Shown: piece after piece, positions 1 to 10,691 of the stretch
Position numbering within the stretch: the first letter of the stretch is position 1
Layout of the letters: each line of letters starts with the position of its first letter
Assembly (NCBI GenBank): GCA_042408215.1
Contig: JAYFMW010000006.1
Coordinates: forward strand, 224,001-288,000
Length of the DNA stretch: 64,000 nucleotides
Origin: Microcoleus sp.
GTDB taxonomy: Bacteria > Cyanobacteriota > Cyanobacteriia > Cyanobacteriales > Microcoleaceae
Reading direction: 5' to 3'
The notes under the pieces: generated by a model
Told to the model about the DNA's origin: nothing
Databases searched by the model: none
The model's input: the letters and a program-made list of their open reading frames with translations, nothing else
Program-made: the position numbers and the translations under genes

Positions 1-3000
1 ATCAGTGCCGTTGTTGGTGACTGCAACCGTGTAGGTGATGTTAGTTCCCGGTATTGCTGTATCGCGATCGGCTGTTTTAGTGACTGATAAATCTGCTGAT
101 TCTGTCACTTTAATCGGCAGCGGTGCGTAGCTGAAAACAGGTGCGTTGTTTTCATCCATCGCCATTGCGTAGACGTAGTAATCGCCTGTGGGTAAGCCTT
201 GAGTGTTCCAGATGAAGTTGCCTGCACCGTCTTTTTCCTCAAGGCCACCTTTGATTAAGATGCCATCGAAACCTTGGTTATCAGTGTCGTAGAACAGGCT
301 AACTTTGGCAGTGGAGTCAGAGTCAAAAGCGTTGTAATTGATGGTGACATTTTGCCCACTCACATCTTTAGATGGGGCAGTCACTTGAACAGTCGGAGCC
401 TGAGAATCCTGAAAAGCACTGTACTCCACAGTACCTAAAGCAGCGGAATTTGTTAAGTTGATATCCCAATTACCCGGTTGTGGATTGGCGATCATAACTG
501 CTTTAGTAGTTGTACTGGTGAGGGCATCAACAATTGCAATTTTATTGGCTGCAAAATCCGACTCTTTGAAAATAGCTCCATTGGGTGCTTTGATTTCAAC
601 AGGAGTATTAGCAGTGGCATTATCCCAGTTGGCGTTGAGAATTATCCACGGCGTGCCTGGGGCAACAGTAAAGCCTTGTATGGCGGAAGCTGTTTTATCT
701 GCACTAGCTTCAAGCTGATTGCTAGAGGCAACTCTTTCGATTTGACTAGAGGTAACGATAGAACTATTTGTTCTTGGGACTGGTTGACCTACACTAGCCG
801 AGGCTTTACCATCAAAGGAAACTTTGAGCGTCGCTTCATATTCTATTTTGATAGACTCCTTAAAGTTTAAAGGATTGAAGATTTCTATGGGTGGTAACTT
901 ACCATAAGCCTGAACAAAGTCGTTCGATAAATCGTTGTCATTGGAGTAGTTGAGCGCAAATTCTGCTTGTGCAAGTGGCTGACCTTTGAAGTTTAATTTT
1001 CCACCGCCTACCTCATTTCCAAGAATTTTTACTTTGGGAATTTCAAGGGATATATCTGGGAATTTGACGTTGGCACTACCACCCATCATGATGTTGAAAT
1101 TCTTATCGGTAGTAAATTTGCTTTTGGTATTGATTACACCCCCAAGCATTGAGAACTCACCCTCAGCATTGAAGAATTTTTTATTCCAATTGAGTTCAGC
1201 CTCACCTTTGCCCTCTGCTAATCCACCTGCTATTTTGATAGTACCGTTTGTTTTGAGACGATCGCGAGTGATACTACCGCTTGCATTAATCTCAACAGCA
1301 GACCCAATAATAATATCTTTTGCCGCCCAAGAAGGCGGTGATATCTTGATATCAGGACCAGCAGTCACTTTAACATCGGTAAGACTGGTCTCAATTTGAT
1401 CGGGTTTGGCGAGATTATTCACTTGCCCTGATATGCTCTGAAGAAAAGCACCAGTAGCACCAATAGGTTTGTTGAGGTTACTACCTCCTATTTTGATAAA
1501 GTTTAATTTCTTATCAACAAAACCAAGTCCGCCAATTAGTTCAATTCCTGCCGGAATAAGCATTCTACCTTCGCCCTTAACCTCTTTGGCTTCTGTATCC
1601 AAAGATAATTTTGCATTTCTAATTTCCCAGACATTTGGCACCAGCTTGATATTGTCTAAAGAAAATGACCCTTTGACATCCACAATGGGGTTAAAGTCAC
1701 GGTTTATCTTAATGTAATTGGGCTCGGCAAAGTTGGCAGTAAAAGTGGGAGTAGGGGTGGGAGTGGGAGTGGGAGTTGGAGTTGGAGTTGGGGGAAATGG
1801 AAGAAACTCGGCTTTACCTTGAAGCGTAATCCCTGCTTTAGGCTGAGAAGTATATCCTAGAGCTAAACCTTTCCCTTTAACGTCCAGTAATTGGCCAATA
1901 GAGAAGTTTACATCTGGGAAATCAATTTTTCCTCCTGTCACGCTCACACCATTCTCGCTAATCAGGATTTTATTGTTGCCCCTGATGTCTAACGTTAAAG
2001 GGGAAGTAGGAGTGGGAGTTGGGGTGGGAGTTGCAGCGGAATTGGAAGTTGGAGTTGGAGTTGGAGTTTTATCTCGGCTGAAGATTCCAGGTGGGAATTG
2101 AAGCGTCCCTTCTAATTCAATTCCTTTTTCTGTAAAAGCTAAGTTGGTAAACTTAACTTCTGTTCCAGCTAGCTTAAACTGGTTTGCTACTGCTTGAGTA
2201 GTTTCCTGAACAGATTTTGCAACCGCTTTGCCAACGTCAAATTCTAAATCACCTTCATACAAAGGTACTGTTATTAAGTCACCAATAGTGGGTGAGAATA
2301 TCCCATTAGCTTTGATGGTTTTGTTGTCGTAACTAACAGAGCCATTAACACTCAACAACGGGGGGCGATCTTTTAACCCTATTTGAATAGTACCGGATGC
2401 TTCGTAGCGTTTGGTTGTATTGTTAAATACGAATTGACCGTTAACTACTTTGAGCCTCAGCGGACTTAGATCCGGCTCGCTAATAGGAGGTGGTGTCGGA
2501 GTTGGAATTGGAAGAGTTATGGGAGTTGGCGTCGGAGTCGGAGTTAGGGGTGTTGGTGTCGGAGTCGGAGTTAGGGGTGTTGGAGTTGGAGTTGGAGTTA
2601 GGGGAGTTGGAGTTGGAGTTGGAGTTAGAGGAGTTGGTGTCGGAGTCGGAGTTGGTGTCGGAGTTGGTGTCGGAGTTGGGGGTGTCGGAGTCGGAGTTAG
2701 GGGTGTCGGAGTCGGAGTTGGAGTTGGTGTCGGAGTTGGAGTCGGGGGAGTTGGTGTCGGTGTTGGAGTCGCGGTTACAATAGATGTGGCTCCAAATATT
2801 CCACCGCTAACACCCGTAACATCTTTATCAAGAGTGCCTACTCCTGTTGCTGGATTGATAACAATCCGCTGGTTAGCTCCGGTGAAGCCGAACAGATTCC
2901 CATCTTTGCTGGATAAACCATACACTTTACTGAAGCCGATGTTACCAATCTTGGTAGCCTGACCAGTTAAGGATATGGAGAATAAGCTGTTATCACTGTT

Positions 3001-4830
3001 GACCCCAGATGTAGCTAAAAAGCGATTACCAACAGGATCAAATAATAGATCGCCACTAGCATCAAAGTTAGATCCCAGATTAGCAACCAAGGATGCTGCA
3101 CCCGTAGTTTGATTAATGGTATATAAGTTAGAACCGCCAGTTGCATAAAGTACATTACTAGGAGAAAATGCCAAACCAACTATGTCTACACTTGCACCGA
3201 GGTTTCCAATCGGTGAGGATGAACCTGAGACTGGATCGACGCTGTACAACTGGCTATTAGTGATGCCAAACAACTTGTTGTCACTAGATAAGGCGATATC
3301 ATTTAAACTTGGGCTAGTTGCAATCTTTACAAACTTTCCTGCTGAGTCAACGCTTCCGACTTGCCCGCTATCTGTAGAAACCAAAGATGATGCAGTCCCC
3401 AAAGAGCTAGTTTTGAAGGTATAGTTTCCTGTCTCGTTCGCATTCAAGCTAGTAGCTCGAATCGCGTAATTCACACCGGGAATTGCTGTGAAACTTAACT
3501 GTGAATTCTTACCACCATTGATTAAGTCATCGTTAAAGGCAATCACTTCACCTGTTGAAGCATTTATCAGTTGTAGGTAACTGTCAATAGCCGCAGTCGA
3601 ATCCATGTTAACTTGAACTTGCTGCCAATTGGAAATCCCAGTCAAGGTATAGTCATCGGAGAAGCTACCCAATCTTTTAGGGTTTTTAGTATCAGTGCTA
3701 CTCAAACTTTCGTTAATCGTTTCCCCTAAGCCAATAGTCAGGGGTGTCGGGGTTGGTGTTGGAGTCGGAGTTGGAGGGGTCGGAGTTGGAGTTAAAGTTG
3801 CGATCGGGATAGACCCTGCACCACTAATCGTATAGCCATTGGTAAGACCTGTGATATCACTATCAAAAGTCCCTTCTCCTGTTGCTGGATCAATAATAAT
3901 CCGCTTATTATCTTCTGTGAAACCAACAAGAGTGCTTCCCTCAAAAGACAAGCCAACCACATCATCAAAGCCAATGTCACCAATTTTAGTGGATTGGCCA
4001 GTTAAGGACACAAAAAATAAGCTAGAGCTAAAACCACTACTTTTAGCAAACAAAAATCCGTTATTGACAGGATCAAATACTATGTCGCCACCTGAAGTTT
4101 CGTCCAAAGAAAAGTCTGCTATTGATGATGCAGTCGCATTTTGAGGATTAACGGTGTATAATTTAGAGCTATTAGAGCTATTAGAACGACTAGCTCCATA
4201 CAGTGTGCCATTAGGCAAAAATTCCAGGGCAGCCATCTGCACACCAGAAGGGAAGTTGCCAATCACCGACGATGAACCTGAGTCTGGATCGATACTGTAC
4301 AACTGGGTAGGGAGGCTATCTCTCTTAATACCCAAAAGCTTGTTGTCATTAGAAAAAGCAATGTCAGCAAATTCTGAGTTACTTGCGGCTTCAACAAAAT
4401 TTCCTATCGATACAAATCTTCCTAATGGATCAACTGTTCCGGCTTCTTGTCCATTCCTCGTAACAACTAAAGATGATGCAGTTCCTAACGAGCTAGTTTT
4501 GAAGGTATAGTTTCCTGTCTCGTTCGCGTTCAAGCTAGTAGCTCGAATCGCGTAATTCACACCCGGAACTACTGTGAAACTTAACTGTGAATTCTTAAGA
4601 CCATTAATTAGGTCATCGTTCTCGGCAATCACTGCACCTGTTGAAGCATTTACCAGTTGTAGATAACTGTCAATAGCAGCAGTCGAATCCATGTTAACTT
4701 GAACTTGCTGCCAATTGGAAACCCCAGTCAAGGTATAGTCATCGAAGAAACTACCTAATTTTTTAGGATTTTCAAGATCAGTGCTGCTCAAACTTCCGTC
4801 AATCGTTTGCCCTAAGCCAATATTCGTCAT
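1..4830 (-). CDS. Large secreted/surface protein (>1600 aa, runs off the left edge): two PPC-like + beta-propeller-like modules, Pro/Thr linkers, DUF11 repeat
   Basis: ATG at 4830 ([22 protein letters not shown]...). The same frame reads ...[20 protein letters not shown] (DUF11-like) at position 1. Absent from the ORF track, apparently because no stop lies in the window; I checked both ends, not every codon. PT runs at about 1745-1795, 2005-2070, 2490-2775 and 3745-3790. Confidence 0.85.
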   Translation of the reverse strand, partial: MTNIGLGQTIDGSLSSTDLENPKKLGSFFDDYTLTGVSNWQQVQVNMDSTAAIDSYLQLVNASTGAVIAENDDLINGLKNSQLSFTVVPGVNYAIRATSLNANETGNYTFKTSSLGTASSLVVTRNGQEAGTVDPLGRFVSIGNFVEAASNSEFADIAFSNDNKLLGIKRDSLPTQLYSIDPDSGSSSVIGNFPSGVQMAALEFLPNGTLYGASRSNSSNSSKLYTVNPQNATASSIADFSLDETSGGDIVFDPVNNGFLFAKSSGFSSSLFFVSLTGQSTKIGDIGFDDVVGLSFEGSTLVGFTEDNKRIIIDPATGEGTFDSDITGLTNGYTISGAGSIPIATLTPTPTPPTPTPTPTPTPLTIGLGETINESLSSTDTKNPKRLGSFSDDYTLTGISNWQQVQVNMDSTAAIDSYLQLINASTGEVIAFNDDLINGGKNSQLSFTAIPGVNYAIRATSLNANETGNYTFKTSSLGTASSLVSTDSGQVGSVDSAGKFVKIATSPSLNDIALSSDNKLFGITNSQLYSVDPVSGSSSPIGNLGASVDIVGLAFSPSNVLYATGGSNLYTINQTTGAASLVANLGSNFDASGDLLFDPVGNRFLATSGVNSDNSLFSISLTGQATKIGNIGFSKVYGLSSKDGNLFGFTGANQRIVINPATGVGTLDKDVTGVSGGIFGATSIVTATPTPTPTPPTPTPTPTPTPTPTPLTPTPTPPTPTPTPTPTPTPTPTPLTPTPTPTPLTPTPTPTPLTPTPTPTPLTPTPTPTPITLPIPTPTPPPISEPDLSPLRLKVVNGQFVFNNTTKRYEASGTIQIGLKDRPPLLSVNGSVSYDNKTIKANGIFSPTIGDLITVPLYEGDLEFDVGKAVAKSVQETTQAVANQFKLAGTEVKFTNLAFTEKGIELEGTLQFPPGIFSRDKTPTPTPTSNSAATPTPTPTPTSPLTLDIRGNNKILISENGVSVTGGKIDFPDVNFSIGQLLDVKGKGLALGYTSQPKAGITLQGKAEFLPFPPTPTPTPTPTPTPTPTFTANFAEPNYIKINRDFNPIVDVKGSFSLDNIKLVPNVWEIRNAKLSLDTEAKEVKGEGRMLIPAGIELIGGLGFVDKKLNFIKIGGSNLNKPIGATGAFLQSISGQVNNLAKPDQIETSLTDVKVTAGPDIKISPPSWAAKDIIIGSAVEINASGSITRDRLKTNGTIKIAGGLAEGKGEAELNWNKKFFNAEGEFSMLGGVINTKSKFTTDKNFNIMMGGSANVKFPDISLEIPKVKILGNEVGGGKLNFKGQPLAQAEFALNYSNDNDLSNDFVQAYGKLPPIEIFNPLNFKESIKIEYEATLKVSFDGKASASVGQPVPRTNSSIVTSSQIERVASSNQLEASADKTASAIQGFTVAPGTPWIILNANWDNATANTPVEIKAPNGAIFKESDFAANKIAIVDALTSTTTKAVMIANPQPGNWDINLTNSAALGTVEYSAFQDSQAPTVQVTAPSKDVSGQNVTINYNAFDSDSTAKVSLFYDTDNQGFDGILIKGGLEEKDGAGNFIWNTQGLPTGDYYVYAMAMDENNAPVFSYAPLPIKVTESADLSVTKTADRDTAIPGTNITYTVAVTNNGTD

Positions 4831-5126
4831 AATCCCATCTCCTCAAAAATATAGTTGCGTCAAAACCAGCAAAGCCCGCCTAGCAAGCCTTCCTAAATGT
4901 TTATCAGGGCCTTCATCTGCTTTTTATGCAAATCGCCCTATTTTTGTAACAAAACTTTACATTACTCCCAAGAGCAGATAAGCTGTATGCCCGATCGCCC
5001 GCCAGATTTACCCTAAAACTAGGTAAGCTACGATCGCCCTTAATCTCCCTAGCTTCACCTCCGTAGCTGAAAGCCAGACTCATCACTTCACAATACTCCA
5101 GAATCCCTACACTGTATCGGCAAAAC

Positions 5127-5197
5127 GGCTCACCATTTGGCTCAGCAAAAAAGGCTCATTTGGCTCATTTGGCTCATTTGGCTCACTTTTTGGCTCA
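5127..5197. promoter_or_regulatory. Seven GGCTCA direct repeats (mostly TTTGGCTCA) in a divergent promoter region; candidate operator
   Basis: GGCTCA at 5127, 5139, 5153, 5162, 5171, 5180 and 5192. Confidence 0.45.
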
Positions 5198-5249
5198 CCA
5201 GATCGTGTAACATTCTTGACTAACGCAGAGTTTCCGTAGAGGAGTCGCA

Positions 5250-7022
5250 ATGGCTGGTTTGCTCAGAGCATCTGAAGAAGGGCTAAAAATCATTGACATG
5301 GTGCGACGCAACCTCGGATGGAATAAAAGTGAGGATACTCTGGTGTCAAGCTGCTCTAACTTCAAAAGCCACTTTAAAGCGATTTTGGGCGCAGAAACCG
5401 AATTAGACGAGAGAACATTTATCGATATTTGCAAAGCTGTAGGAATGAATAACTGGGAAGACATTGTTGAGCGCAAAATATCAAGAAACAGAATTACTTT
5501 TAGCCGCCGCGATCGCAGATATCCCCCTAGACAACCAAACCGATCGCACATTCCCCCTCCCAGAAAACTTACCCCCCGTCAGAAACTGGGTACAGCGCAC
5601 CAAAGAAATCGACACCTTAAAAACCCTAATCGCTACTCCCCCCCTTACCAAGGAATCGCCCACTCCTACTCCCCCCCTTACCAAGGAATCGCCCACTCTT
5701 GCTCCCCCCCTTACCAAGGAATCGCCCACTCTTGCTCCCCCCCTTACCAAGGAATCGCCCACTCTTGCTCCCCCCCTTACCAAGGGGGGGCTGGGGGGGG
5801 TTCCCATCGCCATCTCAATAGTCGGATTACCCGGAATCGGAAAAACCACCCTCATCAGCCAACTAATCCGCCAACTCCACACCGAAAAAACCCCCTTCAC
5901 CATGCGCCGCTTGGCAATCCTTGCAATCCGCAACAGGCAAAGCACCCCCGTGCGATCGCACAATTGACTCCCTGCTATTCACCCTCTCCAACGGCGACAT
6001 TACCGCAGCCGTCAACGCTCAAAATGACTGCGGCAAAAAAACCGAAAATCTGCTCAAAATCCTCAGAGAAAAACCTTGCTTAATTGTATTCGATCGCGCC
6101 GACACACTTTTGAAAGCAGGAGAAGCCAAAGCCGCCGGTTATTTCGCAGAAGATTGTGCAGAATATGCTTGGTTATTCAAACAACTATTAGAAACAGAAC
6201 ATCAAAGCAAAATCATCTTCACCAGTCGCGAAAGCTTAGCCGAATTGCCGCCAACAGTCACCCGCGAAATCCAGCTCAACGGATTGGATCGAGATGCGGC
6301 AATTTCCCTGTTGCAATCTTTCAATCTGACTGCAAATGCAGAGGAATTAGCGGAAATGGGCGATCGCTATTCAGGACATCCCAAAGCCTTACAACTCGTC
6401 GCAGCCTTGATTCGAGATGATACCGAGTTTCAAGGAAATGTCGGGAATTTTCTACACCAGAGAGACTGGTTGCTGATTCGAGATATTGAGAGATTGATTG
6501 ATGAAATCATAGCCCGTCTCAGCGACGGCGAACAAACTTGTCTCAGCCGAATTTCTGTCTATCAAACCTCAGAATATCCCCTATCTTTTGCAGGAATTAG
6601 CGCTCAAATGCCAGAAGTTCAGCAAGTATGAACTTAAAGAAAATATTATCCTTGCACTCAAGCGCCGACAATTGCTATATTACGATTACCAACGAGAATC
6701 CTATCAATTGCATCCGCTAGTTCGAGAAAAGGGCGAACATCTGCTAAATCAAAATCCCGAAAATCTCCGTACCGCCCACAGCCAAGCCTATAATTATTAT
6801 ATCAGCATTCCGCTCAAACCGGAATCTGAATGGCAAGATATCGAGGATATTCAGCCCTTAATTAGAGCGCACTATCATGCCTCTCAAGCAGGAGATTTAG
6901 ATGCTGCAAATGGGATTATTTCTAAAGTTTATGAGTATTTGCGGCAGTGGAATTGTGCAGAGTTAGTATGTGGAAATATAGAGTTACCATTGTTAGCAGA
7001 AGTGAAAAATATTAGCCTTTGA
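5250..7022 (+). pseudogene. HTH + NB-ARC/STAND-type P-loop ATPase, split by several +1 frameshifts (decay or sequencing error)
   Basis: Fragments 5250, 5464, 5921 and 6588 lie in successive +1 frames. Walker A GLPGIGKTT, Walker B-like LIVFDRAD, IIFTSRES, GHPKALQLVA and YQLHPLVRE motifs. Confidence 0.8.
5635..5800 (+). repeat. Four 33-bp in-frame tandem repeats (PPLTKESPTLA) ending in the CCCCCCTTACCAAGGGGGG palindrome
   Basis: Read directly; encodes (PPLTKESPTxx)x4-PPLTKGGLGG just before Walker A. Confidence 0.9.
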
Positions 7023-7027
7023 TGGGC

Positions 7028-7086
7028 GGGCAAGATGCCCATCCCACAAGAAACTTGATGTGCTGTGGAAGGGGCATCTTGCCCGT
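7028..7086. repeat. Inverted repeat between convergent genes, likely acting as a terminator
   Basis: CGGGCAAGATGCCC...GGGCATCTTGCCCG arms. Confidence 0.6.
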
Positions 7087-7168
7087 TTTCTTAGTCTCGC
7101 GTTGCGCGGACTTTGTTGGTGTAGAAGCGATTTAAATCGCCGATTAAAACCGCCTAATTTTTCTTCTA

Positions 7169-8563
7169 TTACTCCCCCGCCAAATCAGCCCGAATTATCT
7201 CCACAACTCGATTCAACTCAACCGAATGAGAAGCCTTAAATAAAATGCGATCGCCATTTTCTACAAACTCCAACAACCGCTTTGCTAAATCTGCCCGCCC
7301 CTGCTGGGCCGCAATATCTCCGAGCTCCACAAAAGGCAAACCCGCAGCACCAGCCGCCATCGCCGCCGCTTCCTCAAAATCAGCAAAAATAAACAAAGCA
7401 TCCAGATTAAAGTCTCGCGCCGCCTTTCCTACTTGTCGGTGAAATTCGATCGACTTTTCGCCCAATTCCTTCATCGTTCCCAACACCGCAATCCGGCGCT
7501 TTCCCGGAGTATCTGCTAACAATCTCAGCCCCGCCAACATCGACTCCAAACCGGCATTGTAAGTCTCATCTAGAATCACAATATCATTGGGCAATTCGTA
7601 GCGGCGAGCCCTTCCATCTGGCAATTCTACGGACAAACCTTGCTTTAAAACTTCCCAATTAATATCTAAAACTTTCCCTACCGCCAAAGCCGCCAAATAA
7701 TTCACAGCATTGTGACGCCCCGGTAATGGCAATGGCAATTCTATACCATCTACAATTATTGTATCATTATTTGGTAATTCCCCGCACAAATCCCCACCTT
7801 CTAACCCGTAAGTTAAAGTTTTTCCCTGCCAAACTTTCGCCGCAGTTGCGATTAATCTCCGATCGTGATTGAGAATAGCAATGCTGTCAGCAGGCATTTC
7901 GGCTAACAACTCGCACTTCGCGATCGCGATCGCCTCTTCGGAGCCCAATCGCCCAATATGCGCCGTTCCCACATTAGTAATCACCCCAATATTCGGCCGC
8001 GCAATTTGCGAAAGCAGCGCAATTTCACCCTGGCCGCGCATTCCCATCTCAATTACAGCATAATTGTGTGACGGCGAAAGCTCCAACAACGTTTTCGGCA
8101 CTCCAATTTCATTGTTGTAGTTATATTGAGTTTTCAGAACATTTCCTTTAGTTGACAAAACTGCCGCAATCAGCTCTTTTGCAGTAGTTTTACCTACAGA
8201 ACCAGTAACAGCAACTATCGGTATGCTGAATTGGTCGCGCCACCAGTGGGCGATCGCCTGATAAGCTATTAAAGTATCATCAACTCGCAACAGTGGAAAA
8301 TTGGGAATTTCCAGCGGCCAAGTGCGATCGACAATCGCCACAATCGCCCCCAAATCCCGCGCTTTTCCCACAAATTGATGCCCGTCAAAATTATCTCCGC
8401 GCAGCGCCAAAAACACTTCGCCCCCCTGAAGAGTGCGCGTGTCTGTAGCAATACCTGTCCCTAAAGTTGTCAAAACACTCTCAGACACAGCAGGCAAAGG
8501 TACAGCTAAAATTTCAGCAAGTTGGGAGATACTTACGCGACAAACCATATTACCAGAACTCAC
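7169..8563 (-). CDS. murF: UDP-N-acetylmuramoyl-tripeptide--D-Ala-D-Ala ligase
   Basis: VAVTGSVGKTT, NNEIGVP, VIEMGM, DETYNA, VLGTMKELG and LFKASH motifs; 464 aa. Confidence 0.95.
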   Translation of the reverse strand: MSSGNMVCRVSISQLAEILAVPLPAVSESVLTTLGTGIATDTRTLQGGEVFLALRGDNFDGHQFVGKARDLGAIVAIVDRTWPLEIPNFPLLRVDDTLIAYQAIAHWWRDQFSIPIVAVTGSVGKTTAKELIAAVLSTKGNVLKTQYNYNNEIGVPKTLLELSPSHNYAVIEMGMRGQGEIALLSQIARPNIGVITNVGTAHIGRLGSEEAIAIAKCELLAEMPADSIAILNHDRRLIATAAKVWQGKTLTYGLEGGDLCGELPNNDTIIVDGIELPLPLPGRHNAVNYLAALAVGKVLDINWEVLKQGLSVELPDGRARRYELPNDIVILDETYNAGLESMLAGLRLLADTPGKRRIAVLGTMKELGEKSIEFHRQVGKAARDFNLDALFIFADFEEAAAMAAGAAGLPFVELGDIAAQQGRADLAKRLLEFVENGDRILFKASHSVELNRVVEIIRADLAGE

Positions 8564-8959
8564 GCTTCAAATAATTATTTTTAGAGCTAACCCTACCTCG
8601 CCCCAGCTCAAAATTCACTCTGCGAAGGCTGCCAAACAGGATTTGCTTTAACAATCCTAATACTAAATCGCCCGCCGACCCAACAAATCCTCTACTCTCC
8701 ATCCACAATCTTTACCCGTTGACAAAAAATATGGTGATTTTCAGTCTTGCTAATTGACAACAATTTATGTCATGCTGGTATTGGTGAAGATTTTAACTAG
8801 GAAAAAATATCGCTCGTCGGGTTAAGATGCTGACTGCTTCCACCCTAAAGCCTTGGAAAACTAGAACATAGGTTAACTGAATGCAGGCGCTGGCTTAAGC
8901 CAATTCATCCAGCCAATAGTGCTGAAAAGCTTCAGCTCAAGCCTCGGAGGGCGATCGCA

Positions 8960-9001
8960 GTGAACAATACCTGGACAAACATTTACAACCGACAAATTCA
9001 T
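8960..9001 (+). pseudogene. Detached 5' end (14 codons) of the gene at 10683..11945
   Basis: GGAGG RBS then GTG AAC AAT ACC TGG ACA AAC ATT TAC AAC CGA CAA ATT CAT. Joins in frame to CCA GAA GAA at 10692 when 9002..10691 is removed. Confidence 0.8.
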
Positions 9002-9139
9002 CTCAGCCCCCAGGAGACCCACACCATAGCTGTACTCAGCTTGGTGTTGGGAGGAATGGGGGTGAATTGCGAAACGTCCCCTGAGTGAATTTTTGCGTTA
9101 GCAAAAACAGGGATGGGGACAGTTGAGTAATTCACAAAC

Positions 9140-10411
9140 TCAAAATGCATAGTTATATCCGTCCTTTTGGTGAATGGTTTTGCAATATTTGAAATTAATA
9201 CCCTGAACCAAGGTATCTGCGGAGATATTGAACGAACCGCTAGACCTAACGGCAACACGCCCGACATACGTGCCAATTTTCTTGCCACTGGTAACAGTTG
9301 CCCTCACGATGTCGCCAGTCTGAAACCCTTTGACAAACTTAAGTCGTGGCACATAGCGAGATGGGAAACCAAATTTATCCGTGCGACACATTTGACGAGT
9401 ACCGTATCCCGTCGTCTTAATTAACAACGGCTTGTTTGTCAGCACAGATAACGATTCAACTTGACCAACACAAGCTGCATCAAGCCAATGGGTTTTAGCT
9501 AGTTTCAATCGAGTCCGGTTGAACTTAGTTAATCCACCCGAACCAGTCGAAACAGGCAATCCCGTTTCTTTAAGGCGATTGAACAATGCCCATCTGGTAG
9601 AGTTGACGGCTGCTGCATCCTTGAGAGGACGTTTAGCTTGTGCAAGAATGCACTTCAGAACGTCTGGTTTCTTGGCTAAGAATTGCTCGACATCCTGAGT
9701 ACCTTTCTTGAGGTTGCACTTCTCACAAGCAAGGCAAAGGTTAGAAATGCGATCGCTGCCACCTTTGGCTTTGGGATGAATATGTTCAATTTGCAAAGGT
9801 ACATTTTCAACACTACAGTAAGCGCATTTCCTGTCCCATTTTTTCAATAGATATTCCCGAACTTCGTAGCCAGCTAATTCCCCTTGCTGATATTCAATGC
9901 CTGAATTTTCAGGATTTTCTAATTGTTGTAAATCAAACCTGACCAGTTCTTGAACAATTGAACCGATGGGGGCAAACCTAATTAATTTGTTCACCCAAGT
10001 TAGGGTAGTTTCTACACGATGTTGCAGACTTGGAGCCAGCCAGCCTTTGGTGCGGGTGCGATTTAAAAATCTTGCCTGACGATAACGAGTATGACGATTT
10101 CTCCTTGAGCGACGCAACTCGCTTCGGGACTCCAAAGACGCTTTAATTGTTTGACCTCGATGGCTTAATTCCGCACCAAAAATAACTTGCTCGTCTTGAA
10201 CCAAAGCAATCCCTGTAGTTTGAGAACCCGGATCTAATTTGAGAATAATTAATTCAGGAGTTGCTGTCACCGCCTTTTTGAGAATGATGGTAAATGGATA
10301 CCTTCTAAAAACCGCAGCTTTTCCTGCCGTTAACAACTTGTGAGCCATTGACGGCTTACAGGGTGTGAGCGGTTTTTTATTGGTATCAAGTACGAAAACG
10401 AGATTAGACAT
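9140..10411 (-). CDS. iscB: RNA-guided endonuclease IscB (PLMP/RRXRR + RuvC + HNH), apparently intact
   Basis: PLTP motif, RuvC-I KLDPGS, RRSRRNRHTRYRQARF bridge helix, QELVRFD, CAYC...EHIHPKAKGGSDRISNLCLACEKCN (HNH), HWLDAA. Confidence 0.95.
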   Translation of the reverse strand: MSNLVFVLDTNKKPLTPCKPSMAHKLLTAGKAAVFRRYPFTIILKKAVTATPELIILKLDPGSQTTGIALVQDEQVIFGAELSHRGQTIKASLESRSELRRSRRNRHTRYRQARFLNRTRTKGWLAPSLQHRVETTLTWVNKLIRFAPIGSIVQELVRFDLQQLENPENSGIEYQQGELAGYEVREYLLKKWDRKCAYCSVENVPLQIEHIHPKAKGGSDRISNLCLACEKCNLKKGTQDVEQFLAKKPDVLKCILAQAKRPLKDAAAVNSTRWALFNRLKETGLPVSTGSGGLTKFNRTRLKLAKTHWLDAACVGQVESLSVLTNKPLLIKTTGYGTRQMCRTDKFGFPSRYVPRLKFVKGFQTGDIVRATVTSGKKIGTYVGRVAVRSSGSFNISADTLVQGINFKYCKTIHQKDGYNYAF

Positions 10412-10419
10412 TGTTGTGT

Positions 10420-10691
10420 CTCTCCACTTGCGCGTAATGTTAGCTTCGTCAATGTTTAAGGTCGGTAACTATGTCAAAAGCACTGGTTTAACCCTTAAGC
10501 CTGTTTAACTTCTGAGTTCTAGAGCAGTGGACTAGCTTCGCATCCACTGGTAGGTCTTTAACTCTTGCCCTAAACGTAGTAAAAGTGGCTCCACTGAGCG
10601 AAGCCGAAGTGTTCTCTTACTTAGACTGGTCAACTAGGCGAATTTCTTGCCCCCGCTATATCGGTACTCCGATTAGCGGTGGGTGATTGAC
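10420..10691 (-). ncRNA. IscB omegaRNA (HEARO-like) scaffold
   Basis: Non-coding structured region upstream of iscB with the typical CTAGTTGACCAG...ACTACGTT...CCTACC..GATGCG..GCTAGT..GCTCTAG...GTTAAACAG...CCAGTG...AAACATTGACGAAGCTAACATTAC pattern. Boundaries approximate. Confidence 0.8.

Larger units (their letters stand above)
9002..10691 (-). mobile_element. Non-autonomous IS200/IS605-family IscB element (omegaRNA + iscB, no tnpA)
   Basis: Starts GTCAATCACCCACCGCTA...TAGCGGGGGC (hairpin) on the minus strand and ends in a subterminal hairpin at ...GGGGCTGAG|ATGA. Excision restores a host ORF. Confidence 0.88.

Noticed and set aside
458..4510. Plus-strand ORFs, including the GV-repeat ORF 2450..2962
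   Set aside because: Antisense shadows of the minus-strand surface protein.
5635..5800. 33-bp repeats as a CRISPR array
   Set aside because: Contiguous units with no unique spacers, in frame, and no cas genes.
9002..10691. IStron (group I intron) explanation for tolerance of the insertion
   Set aside because: The element is almost fully accounted for by omegaRNA + iscB; no room for or sign of an intron core.
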